64,000 bases of DNA from Candidatus Dadabacteria bacterium (GCA_963805855.1 CAWDVW010000002.1:608001-672000), one strand, 5' to 3'. Shown: positions 27,304-37,986, counted from the stretch's first letter. Notes: generated by a model not told the origin, from the letters alone. Made by a program: numbers and translations.

Positions 27304-29457
27304 ATGGGAACTGACATCTTAAATAATCTTAACCCATCCCAAATCGAAGCTGTAAAGCACACCGGCGGACCACTACTCATCTTTGCGGGAGCCGGCTCAG
27401 GCAAGACTAGAATAATTACACATAGAATTGCCTTTCTGATCAAAGAAATGAACGTTCCACCGTCAAATATTTTGGCTGTAACATTCACAAATAAGGCCGC
27501 TAATGAAATGATAGAAAGGGTGAACCGCCTCATCACCAAGGACGCCAGAGAACTGTGGATAGGAACATTTCACTCTATCTGCTTAAGGATTTTGAAAAGG
27601 GAAATAGATAAATTGGATGGTTATAGAAAGGATTTTATAATCTACGACGAAGTGGATCAAATAAAACTGATAAAAGAGTGTATGAATATTTTGGGTTTGA
27701 GTGATAAGACACTTTCCCCGAAGAACGTACGGTCTCATATTGATTCAGTCAAAAGTAGAGGCCTAAATGACGCTGATTTCGGTTCAACAATATACGACCA
27801 AAAGATTTCTCGCATTTACGACATGTACGAAAAAGAGCTAAGGCGTTCAAATGCGCTAGACTTCGCTGATCTGCTCGATGTAGCGGTTACTCTCTTTGAG
27901 AAAAGGATAGATGTCCTTGAGAGATATCAGTCCCAATTCAAACAGATACTGGTAGACGAATATCAAGATACCAACCGCTTACAGTACAACTTAGTCAAGC
28001 TGCTGTCTGTAAAACATAGAAACATATCAGTTGTTGGAGACGACAACCAGTCAATCTATGGATGGCGAGGTGCAGACATAACAAACATCCTTAATTTTGA
28101 AAAGGACTTCCCGGATGCAAGGGTTTTGAAACTTGAGCTAAACTACAGGTCAACAAAAAATATTCTCCACGCTGCAAACGCAGTCATTAAGAAAAACAGA
28201 TTTAGAAGCGACAAGAGATTATGGACGGAAAACGCTGAAGGAGATCCGATTATCTACTATGAGGCTCGTGATGAAAAGGACGAGGCAAAGCATGTTGCTT
28301 CTCAAATTCAAACTGAGATAGGCAAGAACGGCCGCTCCTACAAGGATTTTGCAGTTTTCTACAGGACAAATCATCAGTCGCGTCAAATTGAAGATGAACT
28401 ACTGCACTTCGGAATACCTCACACCATAGTAGGAGGTGTGGGATTTTACGAAAGGGCAGAAATAAAGGACATACTCGCATATTTGAGGATTATAGCCAAT
28501 CCATCTGATGATATAAGTTTAAAACGCATAATCAATGTTCCAACCCGAGGAATAGGAAAGGGAACGCTCCAATTAATAAATAACCATGCGAATGAAAACC
28601 ATGTATCTTTACTCGAATCAGTAAGACTGGCCGTAAAAGATAAATTTCCTCCCGTAAAAACCATTAAAACGCTCGATAACTTCTGGAACCTAATTTCCGA
28701 CCTTATAGAACTTTCTAAAAAGTCAACAATAAGTGGTCTTCTCAAGACATTACTTCAAAAAACAAAATATTTAGAAGCATTAAACAATGATGAAGAAAGA
28801 AAGGATAATGTGGTGGAACTGTTAAACCTCGTTTACGAATTTGAAAATGAGAAAAAAGACAGTTCTCTTAACGATTTTCTCGACTGGATTTCACTTTCGA
28901 GTGACGTGGACAGATTCAATGAAAAAGCTAATCAGGTTGCTCTTTTGACGCTTCATTGTGCCAAGGGTCTAGAGTTTCCGATAGTCTTTATTATTGGAAT
29001 GGAAGAGAAGCTTTTTCCACACATTCGTTCAATTGGAAATGGCAAACTGATTGAGGAGGAGAGAAGGCTCTGCTATGTGGGGATTACAAGGGCAAAAGAA
29101 AAGTTATATTTAACTAGCACATCTAAGCGAAGAATATTCGGAACCGAGCATAGATCAATACCGTCCAGATTTATTACGGAGATCCCCAGAAACCTATTAC
29201 GCTGGGATAGCTTCAATCATGGGACAGGAAATACCTCTTCGCTTGAAATTAAAGGGGATGACGGCTCGAAAGGAAATGGCTACGAGCGAGCTGAAAACGG
29301 ATTCGCAGTAGGAGAAAAAGTACTACACCATTCCTTTGGCAATGGTGTAGTAGCAAGAATTGAAGGAAAGGGAAAGGATAGCAAGGTTGTAATACAATTT
29401 CCGATTTATGGAAAGAAGAAAATTCTTGCAAGCTTCCAGGGTCTCAAGAAGCTGTAA
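27304..29457 (+). CDS. pcrA: ATP-dependent DNA helicase PcrA/UvrD
   Basis: AGAGSGKT, TFTNKAA, VDEYQDTN, VGDDNQSIYGWRGA, NYRST, AKGLEF, EERRLCYVGITRA, C-terminal Tudor-like domain. Confidence 0.96.
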   Translation: MGTDILNNLNPSQIEAVKHTGGPLLIFAGAGSGKTRIITHRIAFLIKEMNVPPSNILAVTFTNKAANEMIERVNRLITKDARELWIGTFHSICLRILKREIDKLDGYRKDFIIYDEVDQIKLIKECMNILGLSDKTLSPKNVRSHIDSVKSRGLNDADFGSTIYDQKISRIYDMYEKELRRSNALDFADLLDVAVTLFEKRIDVLERYQSQFKQILVDEYQDTNRLQYNLVKLLSVKHRNISVVGDDNQSIYGWRGADITNILNFEKDFPDARVLKLELNYRSTKNILHAANAVIKKNRFRSDKRLWTENAEGDPIIYYEARDEKDEAKHVASQIQTEIGKNGRSYKDFAVFYRTNHQSRQIEDELLHFGIPHTIVGGVGFYERAEIKDILAYLRIIANPSDDISLKRIINVPTRGIGKGTLQLINNHANENHVSLLESVRLAVKDKFPPVKTIKTLDNFWNLISDLIELSKKSTISGLLKTLLQKTKYLEALNNDEERKDNVVELLNLVYEFENEKKDSSLNDFLDWISLSSDVDRFNEKANQVALLTLHCAKGLEFPIVFIIGMEEKLFPHIRSIGNGKLIEEERRLCYVGITRAKEKLYLTSTSKRRIFGTEHRSIPSRFITEIPRNLLRWDSFNHGTGNTSSLEIKGDDGSKGNGYERAENGFAVGEKVLHHSFGNGVVARIEGKGKDSKVVIQFPIYGKKKILASFQGLKKL

Positions 29458-29627
29458 CGATTAGAGCTGGACAAATTATCGATGCAATCTTTCGATTGTG
29501 ACCTGCTGGTGCTTAGTATTGCTCGCGCATGCTATCCGAAGCTGACCGACGCGCAATAGATGCTAGAACACTCCTAACATTAGGAGAATTTTGAAAGTTA
29601 GCTAACAACATGCCCAACCCGGATAGA

Positions 29628-30347
29628 TCAAAATTCTATTTCTCGTATACCTTCGGGATCAAACTCCCTCAACAATTTCAGTTCATCCTCTGTCGGCGGG
29701 GATATAAAAGGGGCTGGCGACACGGGAAAACCCGTATTTTCTGCAATCTCTTGATAGCTTGAATATGGACAGACTCCATCTAACACGAGAATACCATCTT
29801 CCTTTTTGAATGCGGCAATTGGGCTTACGACGCATTTGACATTTCCAGTTGCAGTATTAACAGAACATCTATCCACGAATGACCTTTTGTCATGCCTAGT
29901 TCTCCAAAAAATGATACGTCTAGTATTTGCGGAAAGAAGCGCACTTCCGGCACCACCCGTAAGCTGCACTTTAAGCCTTTCGCCATCTGAAATGTGGCTC
30001 AGATTAAAATTCCCATATTTATCTATCTGTACACCCGAAAGGAATGCAACATCTAATTCCCCACGCGCCGACATGTCAAATACTTCAGACAAAGTCATAG
30101 ACGCTCTTGCCTCCTTAGAAAGTTGAAAATCGACAGTCGAACGCGGGGGTGAAGAGGGATTTGGATTAACTCTACCGGGAATATTTAGCCATGTCAGATT
30201 GGGATTATAAACCTTTTTAGCAAGCCATATCGCGAAGAAAGGTAGATTCGATGCGACGCCCATAAAAGCATTATCCGCATCCTTTAGGAGACGGGCCATC
30301 ATTACGATCATCATTTCCGCTCTTGAGTATTCACTCAGCTCATTCAT
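29628..30347 (-). CDS. CoA-transferase family I beta-like subunit (GctB/AibB-like)
   Basis: E....AR...D....GVAS, FLSG.QIDKYGN.N, G..GS, NTGF, PPT..EL..LR.FDP. Confidence 0.85.
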   Translation of the reverse strand: MNELSEYSRAEMMIVMMARLLKDADNAFMGVASNLPFFAIWLAKKVYNPNLTWLNIPGRVNPNPSSPPRSTVDFQLSKEARASMTLSEVFDMSARGELDVAFLSGVQIDKYGNFNLSHISDGERLKVQLTGGAGSALLSANTRRIIFWRTRHDKRSFVDRCSVNTATGNVKCVVSPIAAFKKEDGILVLDGVCPYSSYQEIAENTGFPVSPAPFISPPTEDELKLLREFDPEGIREIEF

Positions 30348-30406
30348 TAAGTATCCACCAATTTATATAAAAGAAGCTTTTTAATTGAAGTGTCATGACG
30401 CCATTC

Positions 30407-31195
30407 TTAAGGTCTGAACTGTTCCAGGTACTGATTCAGGGCATCTCGGTCCTTAATTGACAAGTATCTTCTAACATGCTCTGGGGAATAGTCATAATAG
30501 GGGTAGCACGACCCCGGCAGCGAACCATTTGATACCTCGACGACTGCCGCTACTTTAAAACCCGGGATACGAGCAAGATCTCCTTCCTTTTCAATTTCAG
30601 CTGCGGAAACTATTCTCTCTGCCGTGAGAATTATCTTTTTCGCTGCCCGTGACATTATTACATCCTCAAAAACGGGTCCATATATTATGGCATTTCCATC
30701 TTCGTCCGCTTTCTGTGCATGAAGCACCGCCCAATCGGGAAAAACAGCAGGTACCGTCAATACTTCTTCATTTCCATACGGGTTGTTTACCGTCTTAAAC
30801 TTTTTAACCAGATAGCTTTCACCGAGATTGGCAATAGGCATAAAAGGAACGCCGAAAGCAGCTGCCCTGAGACTCGAGATCACAGTGTAACAAGAATTCT
30901 CGTTAAAGCTAACCCGTCCCTCCTCGACAGAACGACGGAAGTTTGGCGCAAGTCCAAATTCCGCCTCAAAGCTTACGAAACCCGCAGCTACCTCTTCTAC
31001 GCAATCAGCAAAACAGAGAAGATCAAAATCATAATTTGCAGCGGTTTTCATGACTCTTAAATCCTTCTTCCCCTGACGAGCAAGCTCTCTTGCAAACGCA
31101 GAGGGAAGACGCTGGAGAAGCAACCCCCCCATTGCCAGCCTGTCTCCGTCTGAGACAAGAGAGACAGCTTCTTCAATAGCCATTACTTTGCTCAA
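30407..31195 (-). CDS. CoA-transferase family I alpha-like subunit (GctA/AibA-like)
   Basis: EEAV..V.DGD.LA.GG, LRAAAFGVPFMP, HAQKAD..GNA, P.SCYPYY. Confidence 0.88.
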   Translation of the reverse strand: MSKVMAIEEAVSLVSDGDRLAMGGLLLQRLPSAFARELARQGKKDLRVMKTAANYDFDLLCFADCVEEVAAGFVSFEAEFGLAPNFRRSVEEGRVSFNENSCYTVISSLRAAAFGVPFMPIANLGESYLVKKFKTVNNPYGNEEVLTVPAVFPDWAVLHAQKADEDGNAIIYGPVFEDVIMSRAAKKIILTAERIVSAAEIEKEGDLARIPGFKVAAVVEVSNGSLPGSCYPYYDYSPEHVRRYLSIKDRDALNQYLEQFRP

Positions 31196-31337
31196 TATTT
31201 AACACCACCTTTTCCACTTTTACCTATTAGCTTATCACAGACAAGACCTATGCCAAGTCATAAAGGTAAAGAAACCGCTAAAAAAACATTAATTAATCCT
31301 AATTGGAAATGAATATCAATCATGGTTTATTTTTAAT

Positions 31338-32795
31338 ATGCTTGTAAAGCCAGGGCTGAGATCCCTATCAATCGGCAAAGCAAGATGGCTATTGGGATTG
31401 GGTGGCGTTCTACTGATAGTTATAACAATTATCATAACCCTGATCTCGCCTCATTTTGGCTTAGATACGCCCCTTATAAAGCAACCTGTGATTTTGCTGG
31501 TGTCACTGATGGTTTTCTCTGGAATAGTCTATCTTGTTAGCTCTCGCTTTTCTGTCAATTTAATCCCTACAAAATGGGGCCTTAGTTTTATTATTACCGT
31601 AGGATTAGCACTTCGGATCATAACGATATTTTCAACGCCAATACTTGAGGATGACTATTTCAGGTACCTATGGGACGGAGCAGTATCTTCAAACATGTGC
31701 AGTCCTTATGAGTATTCACCTGAGGAAATACTCAATGGTAACAGTGAAAAAGCTATCCCATTTGCTCTTAAAAATCTTGCCAAGCAATCGGGAGAGATCA
31801 TCCATCGAATCAACCATCCGCAACTTAAAACGATATACCCCCCAATTGCGCAATCGGCCTTTGTAATAGCTCATTGGCTACAACCCTGGAGCATACTCTC
31901 ATGGAGGATGGTTCTCCTGTTCTTTGATATCATTGCATTAGTTCTTATCCTTAGAATTCTCCGAGCCCTACATCTTCCGAATTTGACTGTATTGGTATAC
32001 TGGTGGAACCCACTGCTGGTTAAGGAATTATTTAATTCCGGACACCTTGATGTCGTTGCCTTTCCTTTTGTTTTAGGATCCTTGCTCCTAAATCTAAGAA
32101 AAAATTACCTCTGGTCAGTGGTTCTTTTAACATTATCCATTGGTGTGAAATTGTGGCCGATCGTGCTCATACCCCTGGTACTAAGACCCTTAACTGAAGA
32201 TCCAAAGCGCTTATCCCTTGGAATTGGAATCTTCGTTTTAATCCTCGTCGCTTTAATGATTCCTTACTACACGACCGGGATAGATGAAAGTTCCGCGCTA
32301 CTCGCTTTTGGACAGAGCTGGCAGAATAACGATTCAATATTCAAAATACTTGTCTGGGGTTCTCAATTGATTTTGGAAATGTTGGGAAAACATCCGGGCC
32401 ACGGGCAACTTATGGCAAGGATACTAGATTTAACTCTCATCACTGGATTGATTCTTTATATAAGTTCTCGATGTGTTAAACAGCCAAAAGAGCTTTTCGA
32501 AAAATCTCTTTTGATAATAGCAGCAGTCTTTCTACTAATTCCCACTCAATTTCCATGGTACTATACCTGGATGCTCCCGTTTCTGGCCGTCGCCCCAAGA
32601 CGATCCCTCCTGCTGCTCACTTCACTTCTCCCTCTTTATTATATCCGCTACTATTTGGAACCAAGGGGGATGGTATCATATTTTAATTACGCAGTCGTGT
32701 GGATCGAGTTTGTGCCCGTTTGGATTCTCTTAATACTCGAATGGCACTCTGAGAGAAAAGCAATACTCCCTGGACAAATGAGAATTGTCACGTGA
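31338..32795 (+). CDS. GT-C (GT87/DUF2029-like) polytopic glycosyltransferase
   Basis: P.LEDD.FRYLWDG, INHP...TIYPP.AQ, Y.WNPL...E...GH.D, PWY..W; many TM helices. Confidence 0.8.
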   Translation: MLVKPGLRSLSIGKARWLLGLGGVLLIVITIIITLISPHFGLDTPLIKQPVILLVSLMVFSGIVYLVSSRFSVNLIPTKWGLSFIITVGLALRIITIFSTPILEDDYFRYLWDGAVSSNMCSPYEYSPEEILNGNSEKAIPFALKNLAKQSGEIIHRINHPQLKTIYPPIAQSAFVIAHWLQPWSILSWRMVLLFFDIIALVLILRILRALHLPNLTVLVYWWNPLLVKELFNSGHLDVVAFPFVLGSLLLNLRKNYLWSVVLLTLSIGVKLWPIVLIPLVLRPLTEDPKRLSLGIGIFVLILVALMIPYYTTGIDESSALLAFGQSWQNNDSIFKILVWGSQLILEMLGKHPGHGQLMARILDLTLITGLILYISSRCVKQPKELFEKSLLIIAAVFLLIPTQFPWYYTWMLPFLAVAPRRSLLLLTSLLPLYYIRYYLEPRGMVSYFNYAVVWIEFVPVWILLILEWHSERKAILPGQMRIVT

Positions 32796-33746
32796 TTAAT
32801 TTTCAGAAGAACCAGATGATCTTTTAAGATGAAATTGATTTATTATATCTTTTAACTCCTTTTTAATCTTTTCAGCCTCGTTCTTGCCTATCTCTATTAT
32901 GTGCTCGGCCCGATGAAAGTCTGACACCCCTACTCCGGTAAGATCCGGTCTTATCAGAAAGTCTACCGGAAAGCGCTCCAGAACATGGCTGATCAGTTGT
33001 TTCTGATTTATTAATATACTTCTCTTTAAGATACTAACAACACTAAGCTTATCGAAAATATGTTTGATATCTTTTTCATCTATTGATTTATTCTTATCAG
33101 TCTTTGCAAATGATTTATTGATCTCATAAATCGAGCTTAAACCCGAATCAACGTTCATTGAGTCCGAATCGTTCCTTTTCCTGTGAACTCCGGGACGATC
33201 TATTGATCCGGTAATAACGTCCACACCAACAACAAAATCTGAACCAAGTTCTCTGACCGCTCGAACTGGAAGAGGTTCCAATATTCCTCCATCAACCAGA
33301 AGCTTGTTATTAAGCACAACAGGAATAAAAAGGCCGGGAATTGCAATGCTTGCGCGGACTGCTGATATAAGATCACCCTCTGTGAAGGTGATGACCTCTC
33401 CGTTATTCAGATCAGCACATACCGCAGCATATTTTTTACTTAACTCCTCTATTTTCTCCTTCTCTAAGGATTTTTTCAAAAATCTTATTATCTTCTTGCC
33501 GGTCATAAAACCCTTTTTCGACAGGGTAGGACTTAAAAGCAGTGGGATATCTCTCAATTTAATTCCAACCGCACCTTGTTGTAAGTTTCCTAGCTTGTCA
33601 GCAGCATAAAAGGCACCGACGAACGCGCCCATGCTAGTCCCAGACACAGCACTAAAGTCAATTCCTGCCTTTTCCAAAACGCTTAGAACCCCTATGTGGG
33701 CAAATCCCTTAGCCCCGCCGCCACTGAGGGCAATTCCGAGTTTCAT
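32796..33746 (-). CDS. Patatin-like phospholipase
   Basis: GGGAKG, GTSMG, DGG motifs. Confidence 0.93.
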   Translation of the reverse strand: MKLGIALSGGGAKGFAHIGVLSVLEKAGIDFSAVSGTSMGAFVGAFYAADKLGNLQQGAVGIKLRDIPLLLSPTLSKKGFMTGKKIIRFLKKSLEKEKIEELSKKYAAVCADLNNGEVITFTEGDLISAVRASIAIPGLFIPVVLNNKLLVDGGILEPLPVRAVRELGSDFVVGVDVITGSIDRPGVHRKRNDSDSMNVDSGLSSIYEINKSFAKTDKNKSIDEKDIKHIFDKLSVVSILKRSILINQKQLISHVLERFPVDFLIRPDLTGVGVSDFHRAEHIIEIGKNEAEKIKKELKDIINQFHLKRSSGSSEN

Positions 33747-33825
33747 GTTTAATATTTAACCATACTTTTTATCAAATTTATTGATTCCCCGTTAGAGGGC
33801 CATGCGCAAGGCATAGAAAAGCAAT

Positions 33826-34090
33826 CCCCACCTTAATCCTCCCCATTAGATGGGGAGGAGGGTTTTATTCCATCCGAGGCCATAAGGAACAGGGTCTCTC
33901 ATTAAAATTTTGAAGAGTACGAGCTTATTGCCGCATCGGACCCACCACCGATGCCCGTTCGGGGAACGGGGCCTACATTTTGGTAGCCCACGATCTCCTG
34001 AATGCCGAAGGGACAGCCGGTATATTAAGTTTAATTATCGTTCCAGATATACAGAGGAATCTCCTCCTGGGTTAGAAAAGACCACCAGCT
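33826..34090. repeat. Intergenic cluster of REP-like palindromes
   Basis: CCCCACCTTAATCCTCCCC copy; CCCGTTCGGGGAACGGGGCCTACA; GATAGGCGGGACATT.. (similar at ~11322 and ~48160). Confidence 0.65.
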
Positions 34091-34128
34091 GATAGGCGGG
34101 ACATTCGTCTCCCAATTAATTAGATGAT

Positions 34129-35295
34129 TCATAAGGAGCTCAAAAAATCCTTTATTAGCGGCGTGAGCTTCTCATGTTCGATAAGGAACGAATCATGGCC
34201 ATAGGGTGCGTCGATGTCGTGATTTACCACAAAAACATCATTTGCCCTAAATGCCTCCACCAACTCCTTCGATTGGTATGAGGGATAGAGCCAATCAGAT
34301 GTGAACGAGGCCACAAACACCTTAAGAGAACCCGCCCGTTTAAGGGATTCTTCAAGACTATTATATCCTTCTGCGGCATCATACAAATCTATAGAACGCA
34401 TAAGGTAGATATAGCTATTGGCGTCAAACCTTTGGACAAACTTGCTCCCCTGATATAACAGGTAATTTTCGATTTCAAACTTGCTGTCCAGTCTAACCTT
34501 CATCGTGCTTGGGTCATTGTGGCTCCTACCAAACTTCTCCCACAGCAATCTGTCGCTAAGGTAGGTTATGTGCCCCAGCATTCTAGCAATAGCAAGACCT
34601 TTGTTCGGCGGCTCTTTACCATAGTAATTTCCACCATCCCAATTCGGATCATCCATAATAGCTCGTAGACCGACCTTATGCATAGCTATAGACTGAGGGG
34701 TTGACCTCGCGGCGGTTGCTATCAGGATTATCGAATCGACCATTTGTGGATAAAGCAGTGCCCACTCGATGGCCTGCATTCCACCCATCGATCCCCCGGT
34801 AATAGCGCGGATGCGATTAATTTCCAGATGATCTATGAGTTCCCTTTGTGTGCTAACCATATCGCGTATCGTAACCAACGGGAAGGATAATCCATATGGT
34901 TTTCCCGTTTCGGGATTAGTAGAGGAGGGACCGGTGGTGCCGTAGCAGCTACCCAGAATATTTGCGCAAATAACAAAATATTTACTGGTATCGAATGCTT
35001 TGCCCGGCCCAATCATAACATCCCACCAACCAGGGTATTTATCATCGAGGGAATGTCTACCAGCTGCATGCGCATTCGCGGTGAGGGCATGTTCCACGAG
35101 TATCACATTGTCCCGATTTTCATTTAACTCACCATAGGCCTCATAGGCGATGGTGATCGGCCCAAGCTCCTGACCATTTTCCAAAGTTAATTTTTTGGGC
35201 GGATGTGCAAAGATATATTTCTTGGTTTCGACATTTCCGACGGAACCGTGCTCAACTACTATTACAGGTGACTCACCAAATTCCTGAGAAGACAT
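34129..35295 (-). CDS. metX: Homoserine O-acyltransferase (MetX family)
   Basis: HALT, GWWD.MIGPG, GGSMGGMQ, GL..ARM.GHITY, RFDANSY, YGHDSFL. Confidence 0.95.
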   Translation of the reverse strand: MSSQEFGESPVIVVEHGSVGNVETKKYIFAHPPKKLTLENGQELGPITIAYEAYGELNENRDNVILVEHALTANAHAAGRHSLDDKYPGWWDVMIGPGKAFDTSKYFVICANILGSCYGTTGPSSTNPETGKPYGLSFPLVTIRDMVSTQRELIDHLEINRIRAITGGSMGGMQAIEWALLYPQMVDSIILIATAARSTPQSIAMHKVGLRAIMDDPNWDGGNYYGKEPPNKGLAIARMLGHITYLSDRLLWEKFGRSHNDPSTMKVRLDSKFEIENYLLYQGSKFVQRFDANSYIYLMRSIDLYDAAEGYNSLEESLKRAGSLKVFVASFTSDWLYPSYQSKELVEAFRANDVFVVNHDIDAPYGHDSFLIEHEKLTPLIKDFLSSL

Positions 35296-35324
35296 TCTTT
35301 AAATAATAAGCCCCAAATATAGTT

Positions 35325-36620
35325 TCATGCCTTTACCTTCTGTGACTTTTCCAAGGCCTGATCAATATCCCATAGAATATCATCAAGCGTTTCCAGACCT
35401 ACCGAAATTCGAATCATGTCCGGAGTTACGCCAGCAAGTAATTGCTCTTCATCATTCAACTGTCTATGTGTCGTCGAGGCAGGATGAATAATCAGAGTTT
35501 TCGCATCTCCGACGTTTGCGAGATGACTTAACAACTGTAGGCTTTCTATGAACGCTACGCCGGCCTCCTGCCCTCCCTTAATACCAAACGTAAAGATTGA
35601 TCCGGCACCCTTGGGAACATATTTCTTCGCAAGCTCATGATAGCGACTGTCTTTGAAACCGGAATAGTTCACCCAGGTAACCGATGGATGATCCCTCAGG
35701 AATTTCGCAACAGCCATTGCATTAGAGCAGTGTCTTTCCATTCTCAAGTGTAGGGTTTCTAGACCCTGGATAAAGAGAAACGAATTAAACGGGCTAAGAG
35801 CTGGACCAAATGTACGAAGCGTCTCAACGCGCGCTTTCATTATGTAGCCAAAGTCTCCAAACGTCTCATAGAACCTGATACCGTGATACCCTTTCGAATG
35901 CTCCATCATAACCGGGAAGTTTCCATTGTCCCAGGGAAACTTTCCAGATTCTATGATTACGCCCCCAATTGACGTCCCATGTCCACATATAAATTTGGTT
36001 GCTGAGTGAACTATTATATCGGCACCAAATTCAATTGGCCTGCAAAGGTAAGGCGTTGCAAAGGTATTATCAACGATTACTGGTATGCCTGCTTCGTGTG
36101 CTATATTTGCAACTGCCTCAATGTCAAGAATATTCCCCAACGGATTGCTTATCGTTTCCGCAAAGATTGCCTTTGTATTTTTGGTTAGAGCGGCTCTGAA
36201 ATTCCCGGGATCATCGGGGTTAACAAATTTTGTCTCTATTCCAAGCTTCCTGAAACTCACGTCAAACTGTGAGTATGTGCCTCCATAAAGCGTGCTTGAT
36301 GAAACCAAATTATCTCCAGATTGCAAAATGGTAAATATTGATACCATTTGTGCGGCCATTCCAGAGGCCACAGCCAACGCTCCCCTGCCACCCTCAAGCG
36401 CAGCCATCCGCTCTTCGAAAACCGCATTGGTGGGATTCATAATCCGCGTATAAATATTCCCAAACGTCTGAAGATTGAATAAGCTTGCAGCATGGTCAGA
36501 ACTATCAAAAACATATGCAGTTGTCTGATATATAGGAACCGCGCGCGCGCCTGTTGCAGGATCTGGCAGCTGGCCAGCATGGAGACAAAGTGTTTCAAAA
36601 CCGAATTTTCTATCTGGCAA
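35325..36620 (-). CDS. metY: O-acetylhomoserine sulfhydrylase
   Basis: PIYQTT, GNIYTRIMNPT, HSATKFICGHG (PLP Lys), ANVGDAKTLIIHPASTTH. Confidence 0.95.
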   Translation of the reverse strand: MPDRKFGFETLCLHAGQLPDPATGARAVPIYQTTAYVFDSSDHAASLFNLQTFGNIYTRIMNPTNAVFEERMAALEGGRGALAVASGMAAQMVSIFTILQSGDNLVSSSTLYGGTYSQFDVSFRKLGIETKFVNPDDPGNFRAALTKNTKAIFAETISNPLGNILDIEAVANIAHEAGIPVIVDNTFATPYLCRPIEFGADIIVHSATKFICGHGTSIGGVIIESGKFPWDNGNFPVMMEHSKGYHGIRFYETFGDFGYIMKARVETLRTFGPALSPFNSFLFIQGLETLHLRMERHCSNAMAVAKFLRDHPSVTWVNYSGFKDSRYHELAKKYVPKGAGSIFTFGIKGGQEAGVAFIESLQLLSHLANVGDAKTLIIHPASTTHRQLNDEEQLLAGVTPDMIRISVGLETLDDILWDIDQALEKSQKVKA

Positions 36621-36653
36621 TTTTTCTCCAGTAGTAATTCACTCACGGATTAA

Positions 36654-36750
36654 CAGGATGCACGATTCATGATGCATGATGCACGATACAGGATTGATGA
36701 TGAATTTTTCTCTTAGATGGTGAATCCTGTATCATGTATCTTGCATCCTG
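36654..36750. repeat. Inverted pair of heptamer arrays
   Basis: Six CANGATN units (36654-36695) facing four reverse-complement units (36723-36750). Confidence 0.8.
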
Positions 36751-36752
36751 TA

Positions 36753-37244
36753 CTAAAAAGGTAACCACTTCGGTCTCTTAGACGATATGATACCTCTATT
36801 TACACCAACAAAATTAAGTCCACCGAACAGACGTGCGTGTTCTATCTTCAGACAACGATCCATCACTACATCAAGTCCGGCGCCTTCTGCAATTTTTGCT
36901 GCTTCCCAATTTATAACACCAAGTTGCATCCAAACAACCTTTGCCCCAATTTTAATAGCCTGTTCTACAATGGGAGGTACATCTTCTGGCTTCCTGAAAA
37001 TCTGCACTACTTCCACAGGTTCAGGTATTTCAAGAAGGCTCGGATAACATTTCTCCCCCAAGATTTCCTGGTAGGCGGGATTAACAGGGATAATCCTGTA
37101 ACCATGATCCTGAAGATACTTTGCTGCAAAAAAACTCGGACGATACCAGTTTGCCGACAATCCCACGACTGCAATGACATGATTTTCTTTTAAGATGCGC
37201 CCTATTCTCTCTATATCGTACATTTTCTCAACTGTAGTCCACAC
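36753..37244 (-). CDS. CoA-binding protein (YccU-like)
   Basis: IAVVGLS...RPS, IPVNP, VQIFR, VVWMQLG, VVMDRC.KIEH; start may be ATG 37223. Confidence 0.92.
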   Translation of the reverse strand: MWTTVEKMYDIERIGRILKENHVIAVVGLSANWYRPSFFAAKYLQDHGYRIIPVNPAYQEILGEKCYPSLLEIPEPVEVVQIFRKPEDVPPIVEQAIKIGAKVVWMQLGVINWEAAKIAEGAGLDVVMDRCLKIEHARLFGGLNFVGVNRGIISSKRPKWLPF

Positions 37245-37443
37245 CTTAACTGCTATATAATATTTGAAGAATATTATAAATCTACCTTAGAATAATGACT
37301 ATCCGCAAATTCTAATTAGAATACTGGTATGTTATTAAGATGGTCGAATGCGGAATTTAAAGAAATTTAGGTTATATTTATGGACACAATTTGGGTTGAT
37401 TATTTATAATTAATGGGTAAAAATTAGTCATAATTTAATTGTA

Positions 37444-37986
37444 ATGAAAAACGCCTTAGGAAGTTTACTTCTTACCTATCTCTCTCTAATCCCCATCCTC
37501 AACTTTGGCTGCGGCGACGTGAAAACTTCTTCATACTTCACCCCTCCACAGAGTAAATTAGACAAATATGAAGCATTAGAAATATTTGACTTTGAGACGG
37601 CAATCCCGGATTTCCCAAAAGAAGCATTAGCCAAAATACCTGACGATGTTGAAAGACTTTTAAAAACCGACAAGGATTCATTCAAAGAGGTAAGCCGTGG
37701 GAATATCGAGCAAATCCCTGCCGATAAGACCCTGGTGCTTCTTGGCGAAGTCACCAATTATGTTCCTGGCACGGATTTCAAGTTTGAAGGCGGAGCAGTC
37801 AAATTCGGCGAGGTCACTGTATCTTTAAAGCTTGCATTGGTACAAAAAGACTCGGGAATAGAAATCACATCTGGCGAGGTAAGCGGCTTCAGCTCACTTG
37901 CAATCCTCAGGTCCGGCCATCTGGGCAAAGATATGTATGAAATTATAGCCAACGAAATAGTAAAATTTATTTCTGAAAATTATTGA
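37444..37986 (+). CDS. Hypothetical lipoprotein (DUF4410-like)
   Basis: Signal peptide with FGC lipobox; alpha/beta body. Confidence 0.6.
   Translation: MKNALGSLLLTYLSLIPILNFGCGDVKTSSYFTPPQSKLDKYEALEIFDFETAIPDFPKEALAKIPDDVERLLKTDKDSFKEVSRGNIEQIPADKTLVLLGEVTNYVPGTDFKFEGGAVKFGEVTVSLKLALVQKDSGIEITSGEVSGFSSLAILRSGHLGKDMYEIIANEIVKFISENY

Noticed and set aside
8761-36750. Heptamer arrays and REP clusters as a possible CRISPR array
   Set aside because: No constant 23-47-bp repeat with unique, evenly sized spacers, and no cas genes
36621-37443. SAM riboswitch or T-box upstream of the met genes
   Set aside because: No SAM-I (ATCnAGAG...GCAACC...GTGC) or T-box consensus seen; the gaps hold heptamer repeats and AT-rich promoter DNA
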